Source: Haliotis cracherodii
Lineage: Eukaryota
Direction: 5' to 3'
Length of the DNA: 64,000 nt
NCBI RefSeq assembly: GCF_022045235.1
Contig: NW_027266308.1
Location: forward strand, 16,244,001 to 16,308,000
The position numbers were made by a program, and so were the translations under genes. Below the pieces are notes generated by a model. It saw only the letters and a program-made list of their open reading frames with translations. It had not been told where the DNA came from and did no database searches. Positions 1 through 11,100 of this stretch are shown here, piece by piece. How positions within the stretch are numbered: the first letter of the stretch is position 1; every line of letters begins with the position of its first letter.

Positions 1-1115
1 CTTGTAGTCTACCAGTACCACTGTACAGAGGAATAGACAATATTTGTAGTCTACCAGTACCACAGTACAGAGGAATAGACAATGTTTGTAGTCTACCAGT
101 ACCACAGTACAGAGGAATAGACAATATTTGTAGTCTACCAGTACCACAGTACAGAGGAATAGACAATATTTGTAGTCTACCAGTACCACAGTACAGAGGA
201 ATAGACAATACTTGTAGTCTACCAGTACCACTGTACAGAGGAATAGACAATACTTGTAGTCTACCACAGTACAGGGGAATAGACAATACTTGTAGTCTAC
301 CAGTACCACAGTACAGAGGAATAGACAATACTTGTAGTCTACCAGTACCACTGTACAGAGGAATACACAATATTTGTAGTCTACCAGTACCACAGTACAG
401 AGGAATAGACAATATTTGTAGTCTACCAGTACCACAGTACAGAGGAATAGACAATATTTGTAGTCTACCAGTACCACAGTACAGAGGAATAGACAATACT
501 TGTAGTATACCAGTACCACAGTACAGAGGAATAGACAATACTTGTAGTATACCAGTATCACAGTGCAGAGGAATAAACAATATTTGTAGTATACCAGTAC
601 CACAGTACAGAGGAATAGACAATACTTGTAGTATACCAGTATCACAGTGCAGAGAAATAGACAATATTTGTAGTATACCAGTACCACAGTACAGAGGAAT
701 AGACAATACTTGTAGTCTACCAGTACCACTGTACAGAGGAATAGACAATATTTGTAGTCTACCAGTACCACAGTAGAGGAATAGACAATACTTGTAGTCT
801 ACCACAGTACAGAGGAATAGACAATATTTGTAGTATACCAGAGTACAGAGGAATAGACAATATTTGTAGTATACCACAGTACAGATGAATAGACAATATT
901 TGTAGTATACCAGTATCACAGTGCAGAGGAATAAACAATATTTGTAGTCTACCAGTACCACAGTACAGAGGAATAGACAATACTTGTAGTATACCAGTAT
1001 CACAGTGCAGAGGAATAGACAATATTTGTAGTATACCAGTATCACAGTGCAGAGGAATAGACAATATTTGTAGTATACCAGTATCACAGTGTAGAGGAAT
1101 AGACAATATTTGTAG
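1..1115. repeat. Minisatellite, 42-bp unit (36-bp variants), ~27 copies, in LIN52 intron 4
   Basis: Unit cttgtagtctaccagtaccacagtacagaggaatagacaata repeats from base 1; it runs off the left edge. Confidence 0.95.
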
Positions 1116-1513
1116 GAATTTATGGCCTCATCAACATCATCATATACAAATTGCATAGATCGATGCTCATGTCATGTCTAGTCCATATTCAATTATTTAC
1201 AGACCCCTTTGATGGTTGAAATATTGCTCAGTGCAGCAGCATTCAGCAACAAAAAAACAATACAATCCACAAGACATTTTTTCTTTGTCCCTGACCTAAT
1301 AGTAATACTACTGAGAGCCTAGTCCTAGTCCTAACCCTAAACATCATGATATTGATGGATCTGGTATTCTAACCCAGCCTATAGATGACTGCATAATACT
1401 GGCCAACCCATGTCTTTTTCCATATGTATTAAATAATCTATCTATAAAACCCTCAAGTGTTCTGATGCCATACAAGGGCATGTATGGAGACACTTTACAC
1501 ACTACAAACTGAC

Positions 1514-1586
1514 CTTGCAGTAGTTCAAGGTCATCATTTTCCAGTTCTGCAAGCCACTTTGGCGGAGAGTCGGAAGCTGAAATGGG
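1514..1586 (-). CDS. LIN52: LIN52 exon 4 (PISASDSPPKWLAELENDDLELLQ)
   Basis: Flanked by ttccag acceptor and G|gtcag donor; 73 nt, phase 0 to 1. Peptide resembles LIN52 SPPKWMAEIERDDIDML. Further exons lie off-window. Confidence 0.9.
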
Positions 1587-2297
1587 CTGGAAAGAAAGAG
1601 CTAATGGTGAAAACATTCAATCTTGAATTAAACGTAAAACAACTCCAGCACTGCAATCCAATACAATCCAACACACCAAACAATGAGATGGCCTGGGGCA
1701 GATGGATATTATCTCGCAGTCAATCACTGAAGAGATGAGGTAAATGGGGATCATTGTCACATTGGAGATTATTGAACTTACAGTATACTGACTCTGAGCC
1801 ATCCCCAGTGTTCCCGCTGGCTGTGGAAACTGCCAGTTCTAGTGGACTGGCAGCTCTAATAATTTCCTTGCAATAAAAATAGACAAGGGGAAGCCCTGAT
1901 GGTAACAGACAAGCTGACTTCTGAAAAATGTACTTATGTGAATATCATCAATGTTTTGTTCAACAACAAAGATTTATAAGGCTTAAAAAAATAAAAGAAT
2001 TGGTTCTCAGACAATGTTTTCTGAAAAATAGGCCTCCCCACATAAATCTATTCATTGATGAGTAAAATACTGGAATACAGTATTTGACTCTTGTTGGACT
2101 TGGAATATTTAAGGATTTTTAATTATTTTTTTTTAAATGGAAACGTGTGGCAAACTTTATAATGATGCGGGCGGGGCCTGAGAACCAAGACTATTTTTTT
2201 TAGACTAAGGTACATTGCACTTTATTTGCCAGTCCATAGAGACTGGCAGTCACCTGAATTACCGGTCCAAGCCTAATTTTACCGGTAAAAAAATGGG

Positions 2298-5175
2298 TTT
2301 TTCAGATTAAAAACGATGTTTTATTGGTCTGTTTTCAGTCATACAAATGGGTATCTCATACCTCTAGTCACACGTTAAAAGGAAGCCAGAAGCTGGAATG
2401 TAAACAATAAACTTGTTTCCGTCCGGTTGCGCTGGGTGGGAACATACGACTGAAAAGAGACCAATAAAACATTGTTTTTAATCTGAAAAAAAAACATGTT
2501 TTAGTCTGTTTTCAGTCGTACAAATGGGTAGAATTTGATGGAACACTGGAAGGAAGGTCAGGAAAGTAATCAGGAAGTGACCTCTTTCAAGTCGAATGTA
2601 CCAAGTTCCTCACCCCTGTAGTGACAATAGAACATTCGACCAGATGCACGGACGTGACAAATTGTTTATCACGAACGCACAGCACTGTTAATGCTCTTCG
2701 ACCCACAAGTAATTATCGATGCGACAGGACAACTGCACACGACAGTTGAATTGCGATCGAAGTGTGGACGGCATATAATTTAGTTTCAGAACGACTCGGC
2801 GTATCCAAGGTAACGAAAACAGCATGTTTAATGCTCTTCGACCCATAAGTAAGGATCGGTGCGACAGGACAACTGCACACGTCAGTTGAACTGCGATCGA
2901 AGTGGTCGATGTATAGTTTAGTTACAGAGCAACTCGCAGTATACAAGGTAACTAAAATAGCATGTTTACTGCTCTTCGACCCACAAGTAAGTATCGATGC
3001 GACAGGACAACTGCACACGTCAGTTGAATTGTGATCGAAGCGTGGTCGGCTTATAATGTAGTTACAGAACGACTCGTCGTATCCAAGGTAACGAAAAATA
3101 GCATGGTTAATGCTCTTCGACACACAACTAATTATCGATGCGACAAGACAACTGCACACGTCAGTTGAATTGCGATCGAAGTGTGGTCGGCGCATAATTT
3201 AGTTACAGAGCAACTCGCAGTATACAAGGTAACTAACAAATACGAGCAGTACTTCTTGTCTGAGACAATGTCGAAGGCTACCTGATCGAGAGGCTCGTAA
3301 GTCTAACTAGACATGTAGCGCAGAACGATATCGAGGTCCCAGGCCGGCAGTCGGAATTAATGTGACTCATCTTCAACCATGAAGGCACATAGAATTTTCT
3401 GCAATTCCGGTATTTTAGTGAGCCTGTCGCCCGTAGGAGACGGCTCGTCCAGGTAGAAGGCGACCCTGATCGCCTGCCGATGGAGCCATTCTACGACCGC
3501 CCCCATGATCCGTGTGATGAAGTCTTCCCCCTACCGGTAGCTCGTCTAAAGGTGGTAGACTCCGACGACGGGGGAACGGACCTCACTACCTCCCCCGCTG
3601 GCTCGTTGTCGACAGCATAGCAAGCGGTTGTAGCTGGTGACGAACAGCAGTGTCCATGGATCCCCAATGCCTGTCTACTACAAGAATCTGGGAGGGCGCT
3701 GGTTTCTTGAAGAGTAGCCCCCAATCCAAGTCCCTACTCATGGGTGACGAAAACGGCATGCCATAGATCGGGTAGCGTGATCGAACAGGTGGTTTGCTGA
3801 AACTCTGCCCCGGCAGAGCAGATGCAAGTTCTGGTCCATATCGTGAGTCATGGCTCTGAAGACATCAGGAAGAGAAGACTGAAGAGACTGCGGCGTATCT
3901 CCAACCTTAAAGCCAGCATACGTCGGTTTGTCATCATCTTTTGATAAATCAGGCAGAAAAGTGAGGTAGCCAAGCCATAGCCAGGCTGTCGTCACAATCC
4001 ATCGTCGATGTCGATTGTGTAGATGTAGATGAAGGGACTGGTGTACTGGTCGATGGTCCATGGACCTCCGACGTAGTCGAATCCGTCGACGATCGATCAT
4101 TATCTCTATGACGCTGATCTCCCAAAAACTCCCTTCGAGAGCGTCGCACGTCCCCGTGGGGACGAGGGCTGTGATCTCTAACTGTAGAAGAACTACAATC
4201 CCCATCGCAGTTATCGTCCGAATCGAACTGCCGACGACCTCAAAGGCGACGAACGTCCTCGTGACGTTTACTGTCTCTCGACGAGGCACTCGACCTGTCG
4301 TCCCGGGGTGGGAACGACTTGGAGAGTGGGATCCGTGTCCCTATTGTCGTTGGTAGGATGAGAGACGGACCAACTGGGGACCGTAGCCCCCTCATGGTCC
4401 TAGTCACGAGCCGGTCCCGTCGTAACGGGGGTGGCTGAGTGACGCTCTCGATCAACCGACTGACGAAGATCAGTCGTGCAGGTAGTATCATCAGCAGGCG
4501 AACGGTCATGTGTCTTGTCGGGTCTTCTCAACTGATTTCTTGGGTGTGGCCGACGCGCCACACCCAGGCCCAGATGTAGAGGCTGCAGAGTCCAGGGATC
4601 CACCCGATGACCTACTCTGCGTGTAGCGCTGGTCAGTAGCCCGCTTCGCCAACGCACGAAGATATCAATTAAAGTTCAGTAAAGTGATCACATTCTTTAC
4701 AACTTTTATCCCACGAACACGTTGAAAAACCGTCCCTAATTATGCAGGAAGGACAATACTTGTGAGGATCTACTTTAGACAGTATACCTTGAAACGAGGC
4801 AGAAAAGCCCGACATGTTGCCACGTGTATAATCAAGTCAAACAGTGAAACACGTGTTGAACACAAACAATGGATTACCAAGGATTACATTCAAGGAGTCT
4901 ACAGGTAAGACATACTATTATTACTGTATTAGAACAACAACTGTAGACACACGATAAGTACTAGTAGAATACAAACTAGCAGTCTATCGCGAAAGTCCTT
5001 CTCGAGCGACCAGCTCAGAGGCGCGCTGAGAGATTTGTGGCATGTCATAGGGAGGTGCGTGCACAACCGGACGGAAACAAGTTTATTGTTTACATTCCAG
5101 CTTCTGGCTTCCTTTTAACGTGCGACTAGAGGTATGATATACCCATTTGTACGACTGAAATCAGACTAAAACATG
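2298..5175 (-). mobile_element. Non-autonomous (internally deleted) DIRS1-type retrotransposon #1, in LIN52 intron 3
   Basis: Inverted terminal repeats ~2328-2430 vs ~5064-5167. The internal complementary region 2445-2530 has halves complementary to the two outer ends. Gag Zn-finger remnant on the minus strand at 4669-4815 (DPHKYCPSC...C...CKEC). No RT or tyrosine recombinase visible. Confidence 0.8.
2679..3236. repeat. ~140-bp tandem repeat, 4 copies, CpG-rich, inside DIRS #1
   Basis: tgctcttcgac recurs at ~2692, 2832, 2970 and 3111. Confidence 0.9.
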
Positions 5176-5202
5176 GTAATTACCGGTAAACGAAAACACT
5201 GC

Positions 5203-5335
5203 ATCCCCTTAATGCTGAGCGGAAGGCAGGATATCAACAAATACCAATCTTAACGTCTTTTGGTATGAAACGGCTGGGGATTGAACCACCAACTTTCCAC
5301 TCTCCGGGCAGACGCTCTAACCTCTACATTACAGA
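5203..5335 (-). mobile_element. tRNA-headed SINE fragment with Meta/MESC-like core (family D)
   Basis: Minus strand reads tgtaatgtagaggttagagcgtctgcccgg...ggttcaatccc...ccaaaagacg...gctcagcattaagggg; similar to the copy at 41681-41935. Confidence 0.6.
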
Positions 5336-5431
5336 AGTGGTGTCAAACACTGCAGAATACACAGCATCCCATCAACTGTGGCCTTATGGAAAATACTATT
5401 TATGACCTGAAGGGTACAAACTGAAACTTAC

Positions 5432-5466
5432 ACTTTTTATGGCAGCAAACTCAGACACACCAGGGA
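5432..5466 (-). CDS. LIN52: LIN52 exon 3 ((I)PGVSEFAAIKS)
   Basis: tttcag acceptor, gtaagt donor, 35 nt, phase 1 to 0; matches LIN52 LPGVAEFAAS. Confidence 0.88.
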
Positions 5467-5943
5467 CTGAAATCAAAAACATACAGTGGTGTATGTTAAG
5501 CATTTGGATACATAACATTCACTCACATTACCGGGGTATTCGAGTTCTTGGAAATCCTCCCTCTAGAAGCTGAGCTGAAACTTTAATTATTTTCATTATT
5601 CTTCCTCATAGCACTTTGAGAAGTTATTCATATCTGGATTAGCACAGTATAAAAGTAGATTCTTACTAAGCAGTGTTAAGTGCATAAAACTTGTGAGTCA
5701 ATGTTGTTTTTAGGGATGTCCAGACTCACTTTTAATTCCATGCTTCATGCATCTAAACACCAGGATACACCTGTTGATATGATACAGTTCATCAATTCAT
5801 GCTTTATGTCTATATTGATTATTAAAACTTTAAAATTAAAACTACAGAGTTTTAAAATAACCTGGTCTGATAACTACTCATTCCAGCCAAGGCTATGTCA
5901 GTCACTTGACTACATCAACATTTTGCTATACTTCACTACTTAC

Positions 5944-6012
5944 TTTGTTCAGGCCACAGATCAGGAGAGGCTCGATCCAACTTCTCTAAACTCAAAAGGC
6001 CATGGTCTTCAT
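5944..6012 (-). CDS. LIN52: LIN52 exon 2 ((D)EDHGLLSLEKLDRASPDLWPEQ)
   Basis: ttttag acceptor, gta donor, 69 nt. Contains the LxSxExL pocket-binding motif and the DYRK1A site RASP characteristic of LIN52. Confidence 0.92.
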
Positions 6013-6126
6013 CTAAAAAACGTAAACATAAACCAAAAAAGTAAAACTTATTATTGGGATAGTGGGTCCAGAGCTCTAATAACATGAATCATGCTAATTT
6101 GCAGGACTTAGCTTGACAATATTTCT

Positions 6127-6890
6127 ATTTGTTGTTTAACAATGCACTCAGCAATATTCCTCTAACATAACTACTGTCAGTACATAATTGAGTTTGAACC
6201 AGGCAATCCAATGACTGACATCATGAGCATCGAGCAGTTGGGATATGATGACATAGATCGACCAAGTCATGGAATCCGACCACCCAATCCTGTTGGTCAT
6301 ATCTAAGCATGGGTTGCTGAAGACCTAAAATAACCCAAGTTCACACAGAGCTTCACAATACTAATTGTGTCACCAGTGACCACTGGGACACTCATGCCCC
6401 TGGAAAGAGTGACTGTGTCCAATCAAACAGTGATGACACACAACCATCACGGTCAATGAGTAGCAGACAGAAGTGCACTAGACTCATGAAGAATAGATTT
6501 CAGCAACCCACACTTTTCGTAAGAGGAGACTCTAGAGCAGGATCAGGTGGTCAAGGGCTTGGTGACTCGATTGATGAATGTCATTGTATCCAAATTATAA
6601 TGTCAATCACTTGATTGGTCCAGACTCAATTATTTACAGACCAGCTTCACCTAGCTGGAATATTGCTGAGAGCTGCGTTAAACAACTAAGACCACTAGGC
6701 AACAATGTTGGCAAATGTTGTCTCGTTTTTCCTTTACTTCAGAATATTGAGTATGTGAATGTTGTTTAATGCCACTGTCAGCAATAGCCCAGGCATATCA
6801 CTGCGACCAAACATCAAGTTTGGACCAGGCAAACCGGTGATTGCAAACAAGAGCAACAAACAGTTCATGCAAATTGTGCACTGTGATCCA
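6127..6890. mobile_element. Cluster of degenerate family-C SINE-like copies in mixed orientation (6127-6345 minus, 6490-6690 plus, 6760-6890 minus)
   Basis: Shared motifs ttcagcaaccca, tggtccagactc and gctggaatattgctgag. Confidence 0.6.
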
Positions 6891-7221
6891 TATTGTGTCA
6901 ACTCGCATCATGAATAGGAAACCAGAGACCAATGCTACAATGGAAAGCACAGAAGTACTTTGGGGTACCCGGTAAACTGAAGACTTCTGAAGCCTAAGAA
7001 ATATCTATTAAATTATTATTTAGGGCGGAATTGGTATCAATTAGGCTATATCGAACTTAAACTTCCTGTTTTATTGTGTAATAGATTATTATAGACATAA
7101 ACGGTTAATTGAAATCATTAACCATTTGTGTGAGTAGCGCATAAGCAACTTTTCAACATTTTTGTGTTTGCCCTACATCACATGTTTTTGAAATTACCTC
7201 CACTATCAAAATGCGAATTAC

Positions 7222-7240
7222 CCGCATTTTGACCCGCCAT
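7222..7240 (-). CDS. LIN52: LIN52 exon 1 (MAGQNA+G); alternative in-phase donor extends it to 7198
   Basis: ATG in context aaaATGG at 7238-7240. Two phase-1 G|gtaatt donors (after 7222 and 7198) both join exon 2 in frame. Confidence 0.75.
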
Positions 7241-7620
7241 TTTGTCTTCATAATCTCGACGCAAAGTGTTACTCTGAGAAACTATTCATAAAACTAATAA
7301 AAGAAACAACTAAATAGTATGCTAAATTAGAGAATACTGCAACTAATATCTTTCGGATATTTCTTGTAAATATAAGCATAAAATTTTAGCGTGACGAACC
7401 ATCTGACTGGTCATTGGTCTTAAGAATACGTAATGATGCTAAAACAAACGCGGTAGCGCAAATCTTCAAAGTAACCAGTTACAAGATGAAATAAATTGAC
7501 CAATGAAATTGTATTTCAGAGTCATACCTCCTCAGGGTCAAGGACACGCACCTGGTTGACGAGCTGAAAATCTTATTGCTCTAGAATCTGTTCGAGGTTT
7601 CGAACTTAGCAATTGTTGTC
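7241..7620. promoter_or_regulatory. Bidirectional promoter / 5' UTR region of LIN52 and ALDH6A1
   Basis: Divergent ATGs 380 bp apart. Oppositely oriented CCAAT boxes (ATTGG 7413-7417, CCAAT 7500-7504). YY1-like CCGCCATTTT overlaps the LIN52 start. Nuclear-receptor-like AGGGTCAAGGACA at ~7534-7546. Confidence 0.7.
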
Positions 7621-7656
7621 ATGGCGTCACTTCATCGTCTGATTCATGTTGGGAAG
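7621..7656 (+). CDS. ALDH6A1: ALDH6A1 exon 1 (MASLHRLIHVGK, start of transit peptide)
   Basis: gtcATGG start, AAG|gtgcaa donor, phase 0; basic, acid-free peptide typical of a mitochondrial presequence. Confidence 0.7.
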
Positions 7657-7872
7657 GTGCAATGTCAATTTAAAAATTTGTCTGTGCTTGCAAAATGATA
7701 CGTCACACTTGAGAAAAACATCCACCACGTATGGGTGTCGGTGACCTCAAATTATATAAAAAACATTCATATGAATTTGTGACTAAATCTTCTCCTTTAC
7801 AAGATAGTTATGGCACCAAAATAAACGTTTATATATGTTTTAATTACTTTGCTAAACGGATGGGTTTTTTTC

Positions 7873-8091
7873 TGTAGCGTTTTAGTATCATATAACCAGT
7901 CACTCGCTTTATCCATACGATGTCTCTATATAAATGAGTGCGCACGTGTAACAGCGCCGGAAGTGTGTATTGAGCGCTAGCAGACCACATGGCTGCCGAC
8001 TACACTTGACAGAGTGTATTGACATGTAATGAGAGAATACAACCTTTCCCTGGAAAGCCGAGTGTTTGTTGTAGCTGCCAAAGTCATCACA
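7873..8091 (+). repeat. 5' LTR
   Basis: Direct repeat of 12489-12707; contains TATATAAA, CACGTG and CCGGAAGT. Confidence 0.95.
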
Positions 8092-8183
8092 TAAATTGGC
8101 GACGAGGTAAAACTGGATGTCTTAGCGTTTTTGTGGACATTTTGTGTGATTAACGTCCGTCGTGTTTCACTCACTCCATAAAC

Positions 8184-11100
8184 ATGGCGTCGTCTACCTC
8201 CGGGAAGATCGACGAATTTAATACAGAGACTGACAGCTGGGACATTTATTGTGAGAGGTTAGACTTGTACTTTACGGCTAGAGGTGTTGATGACGAGGAT
8301 GATGAGATGAAACGGGCTATTCTGCTTAGTGAAATGGGTAAGACAGCCTACACACTTCTCCGGAATTTGTGCGCTCCTACGAAACCTAAGGAAATGAGGT
8401 TTGCTGAGATAGTGAAAGTCATGCGCGATCATCAACACCCAACACCGTCAGTGATAGTTGAAAGACTTAAATTTCACAAGAGGGATAGAAAGTCTCAAGA
8501 GAGTGTTGCAGCGTATGCTTCCGAGTTGCGCAAATTGGCAAGTACATGTGACTTTGGTACTACTCTTGATGATTCACTTAGAGACAGACTAGTTTGTGGC
8601 ATTAATAATGATGCAATACAGAGGAGGTTATTAGCAGAGAAAGCTCTGGATTACAATAAGGCTTATACACTAGCACAGTCAATGGAATTGGCAGCAAAGA
8701 ATGTAGAAGATATTAAAGTTGGTGCTTCAAGTGTTTCAGCAGCTACAGGGGGTAACATGCACAAGATGTCATCATCTCAACATGCTCCTGTCTACCCGCC
8801 ATGTGACAGATGTGGTTTACGAAATCACAAATCTCCGGACTGTCATTTTCGTACCTCAAAGTGTTACAATTGTGGTAAGATTGGCCACATTGGGAAGGTA
8901 TGTCGTCAGTCACAGAATAGTAAAGGTTATCGTTGTGGACGTGGCTCGTATCGATCTAGAGGTCAAGTTCGAAGTCGGGGTCAGCACAAGCGTTCAGCGA
9001 CAAATCAGGTCACTCCGGATAACTATGGTGATGTTGAAAGTGAAATATATGACATTTACAAGATGGAGACTAGCTCTACACCTTTTGTTGGGAGGAGAGA
9101 GAAGGAACCACCAATGTTTATTGATTTAGCACTTAATGGTCAGCCATTAAGCATGGAGCTGGATACAGGTGCAACATTTTCAGTGATTAATGAAGACACT
9201 TACAGATCGTTAGGGAAAGATCCACCCAAACTAGGACCTCCTCATACCTTGTTACGTACTTACCTAGGTGAGAAGATACCTCTGCTTGGTTCATGCTCAG
9301 TGAAAGTGAACTACGGCAAACAGTCAGCAGAACTGCCAGTGATTGTAGTGAAAGGGAGAAGAGCTAATCTCTTTGGTCGCGACTGGCTGCGACATGTTCG
9401 TCTAGACTGGGGAACAATCCTCAGAGTTGATTGTGATGATGTGCAAAGTATCCTTAACTCACATTCTGATGTCTTCAAGGAGGAACTTGGTGAGTTGAAA
9501 GATACAAAAGTGAAGATTAACATATCTATTCCTTCACAACCACGCTTCTACAAGCACAGGAACATGGCCTATGCCTTGAGGGACAAGGTTGAGAATGAAC
9601 TTGAAAGATTAGAGCAGCAGGGTGTCATAAAACCAGTGCAGTACTCAGAGTGGGCAGCACCCATCGTACCAGTGTTGAAGTCGGATCAGTCTTCAGTGCG
9701 CATATGTGGAGATTACAAACTAACAGTCAACCAGGTAGCTAAACCAGATTGTTACCCAATACCCAGGATTGAGGACTTATTTGCATCACTCTCAGGTGGT
9801 CGCAAGTTTACGAAATTGGACATGAGTAATGCCTACCAGCAGTTAGTGTTGGATGATGATTCCAAGAAACTCACCACAATTAACACCCATAAAGGTCTAT
9901 ACGAGTACCAACGATTACCTTTTGGGGTGTCGGCAGCTCCTGCTATCTTCCAGCGGACAATTGAATGTCTTCTCAGCGACTTGCCACATGTGTGCGTCTA
10001 CCTCGATGATATTCTCGTCACAGGTGTTGATGATGCAGAACACAACAAGAACCTGAATGAAGTCCTTGACAGATTGCAGAAAGCAGGTTTGCGTCTAAAC
10101 GCTTCAAAGTGTCACATCAAGAAAGACTCAGTCACTTACCTGGGACACCGGATTGACGAACAGGGACTGCATCCATTAGAGGAGAAGGTAAACGCTATTG
10201 TGTCCGCACCAGCTCCTCAGAATGTGACAGAGTTAAAGTCATTCCTTGGGATGGTACAGTACTACCAGAGATTCCTGCCAAATCTCTCCACGACGTTAGT
10301 GCCACTACATGGGTTACTACAAAAGGACGCTCCATGGTCATGGACCAAGAAGCATGATACAGTATTTCTAAAGGTGAAATCTCACTTGTCTTCATGTAAG
10401 GTCTTGACTCACTACAATCCAGACCTTCCTCTCAACTTAGCAGCTGATGCTTCTCCATATGGAGTAGGTGCCGTCCTGTCACACATCATGCCAGATGGTA
10501 CTGAGAAGCCTGTGGCGTTTGCGTCACGTTCCTTGTCACCTGCAGAAAAGAACTATTCACAGCTTGATAAAGAAGCACTGGCAATAGTGTTTGGCATAAA
10601 GAAATTCCACCAGTATTTGTTCGGACGGAAATTTCAGCTGTTATCAGATCACAAACCCCTCATGGGTCTACTTGATGCAGAGAAAGGCATTCCAGTGATG
10701 GCGTCAGCCAGACTCCAGAGATGGGCCTTGATGCTGGCAGCGTATGATTACAGTATTGTGTATAAACCAGGCTCAAAGTTAGCAAACGCAGATTGTTTGA
10801 GCAGATTGCCTCTGCAAACCCCTGTGTCTGTGCCGCCTGTTCCAGGAGACACAATAATGCTCCTCGAGAACATGGCAGAATTCCCAGTGAATGTGCGACA
10901 AATTCAGTTTTGGACAAGGAAGGATCCCTTGTTAGCTAGAGTGAAGAAGTTAGTGGAATGTGGTTTTCCAGAAAACCTGAAGCCAGATACAGAGCTAAAG
11001 CCATATATTCAGAAGAAAACTGAGCTAAGTGTTCAGGATGGTGTGATTCTGTGGGGTAACAGAGTAGTGGTTCCACCTCAGGGTAGGAAACAGTGTGTAG

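Noticed and set aside
3491-4657. Overlapping GC-rich ORFs as a novel gene
   Set aside because: They lie inside DIRS #1 downstream of the gag Zn-finger and are best explained as decayed low-complexity gag.
5527-5575. Extra LIN52 exon between exons 2 and 3 (tttcag...gtgagt on minus)
   Set aside because: No acceptor/donor combination preserves the phase-1 frame without a stop; exons 2 and 3 join directly to give the conserved protein.
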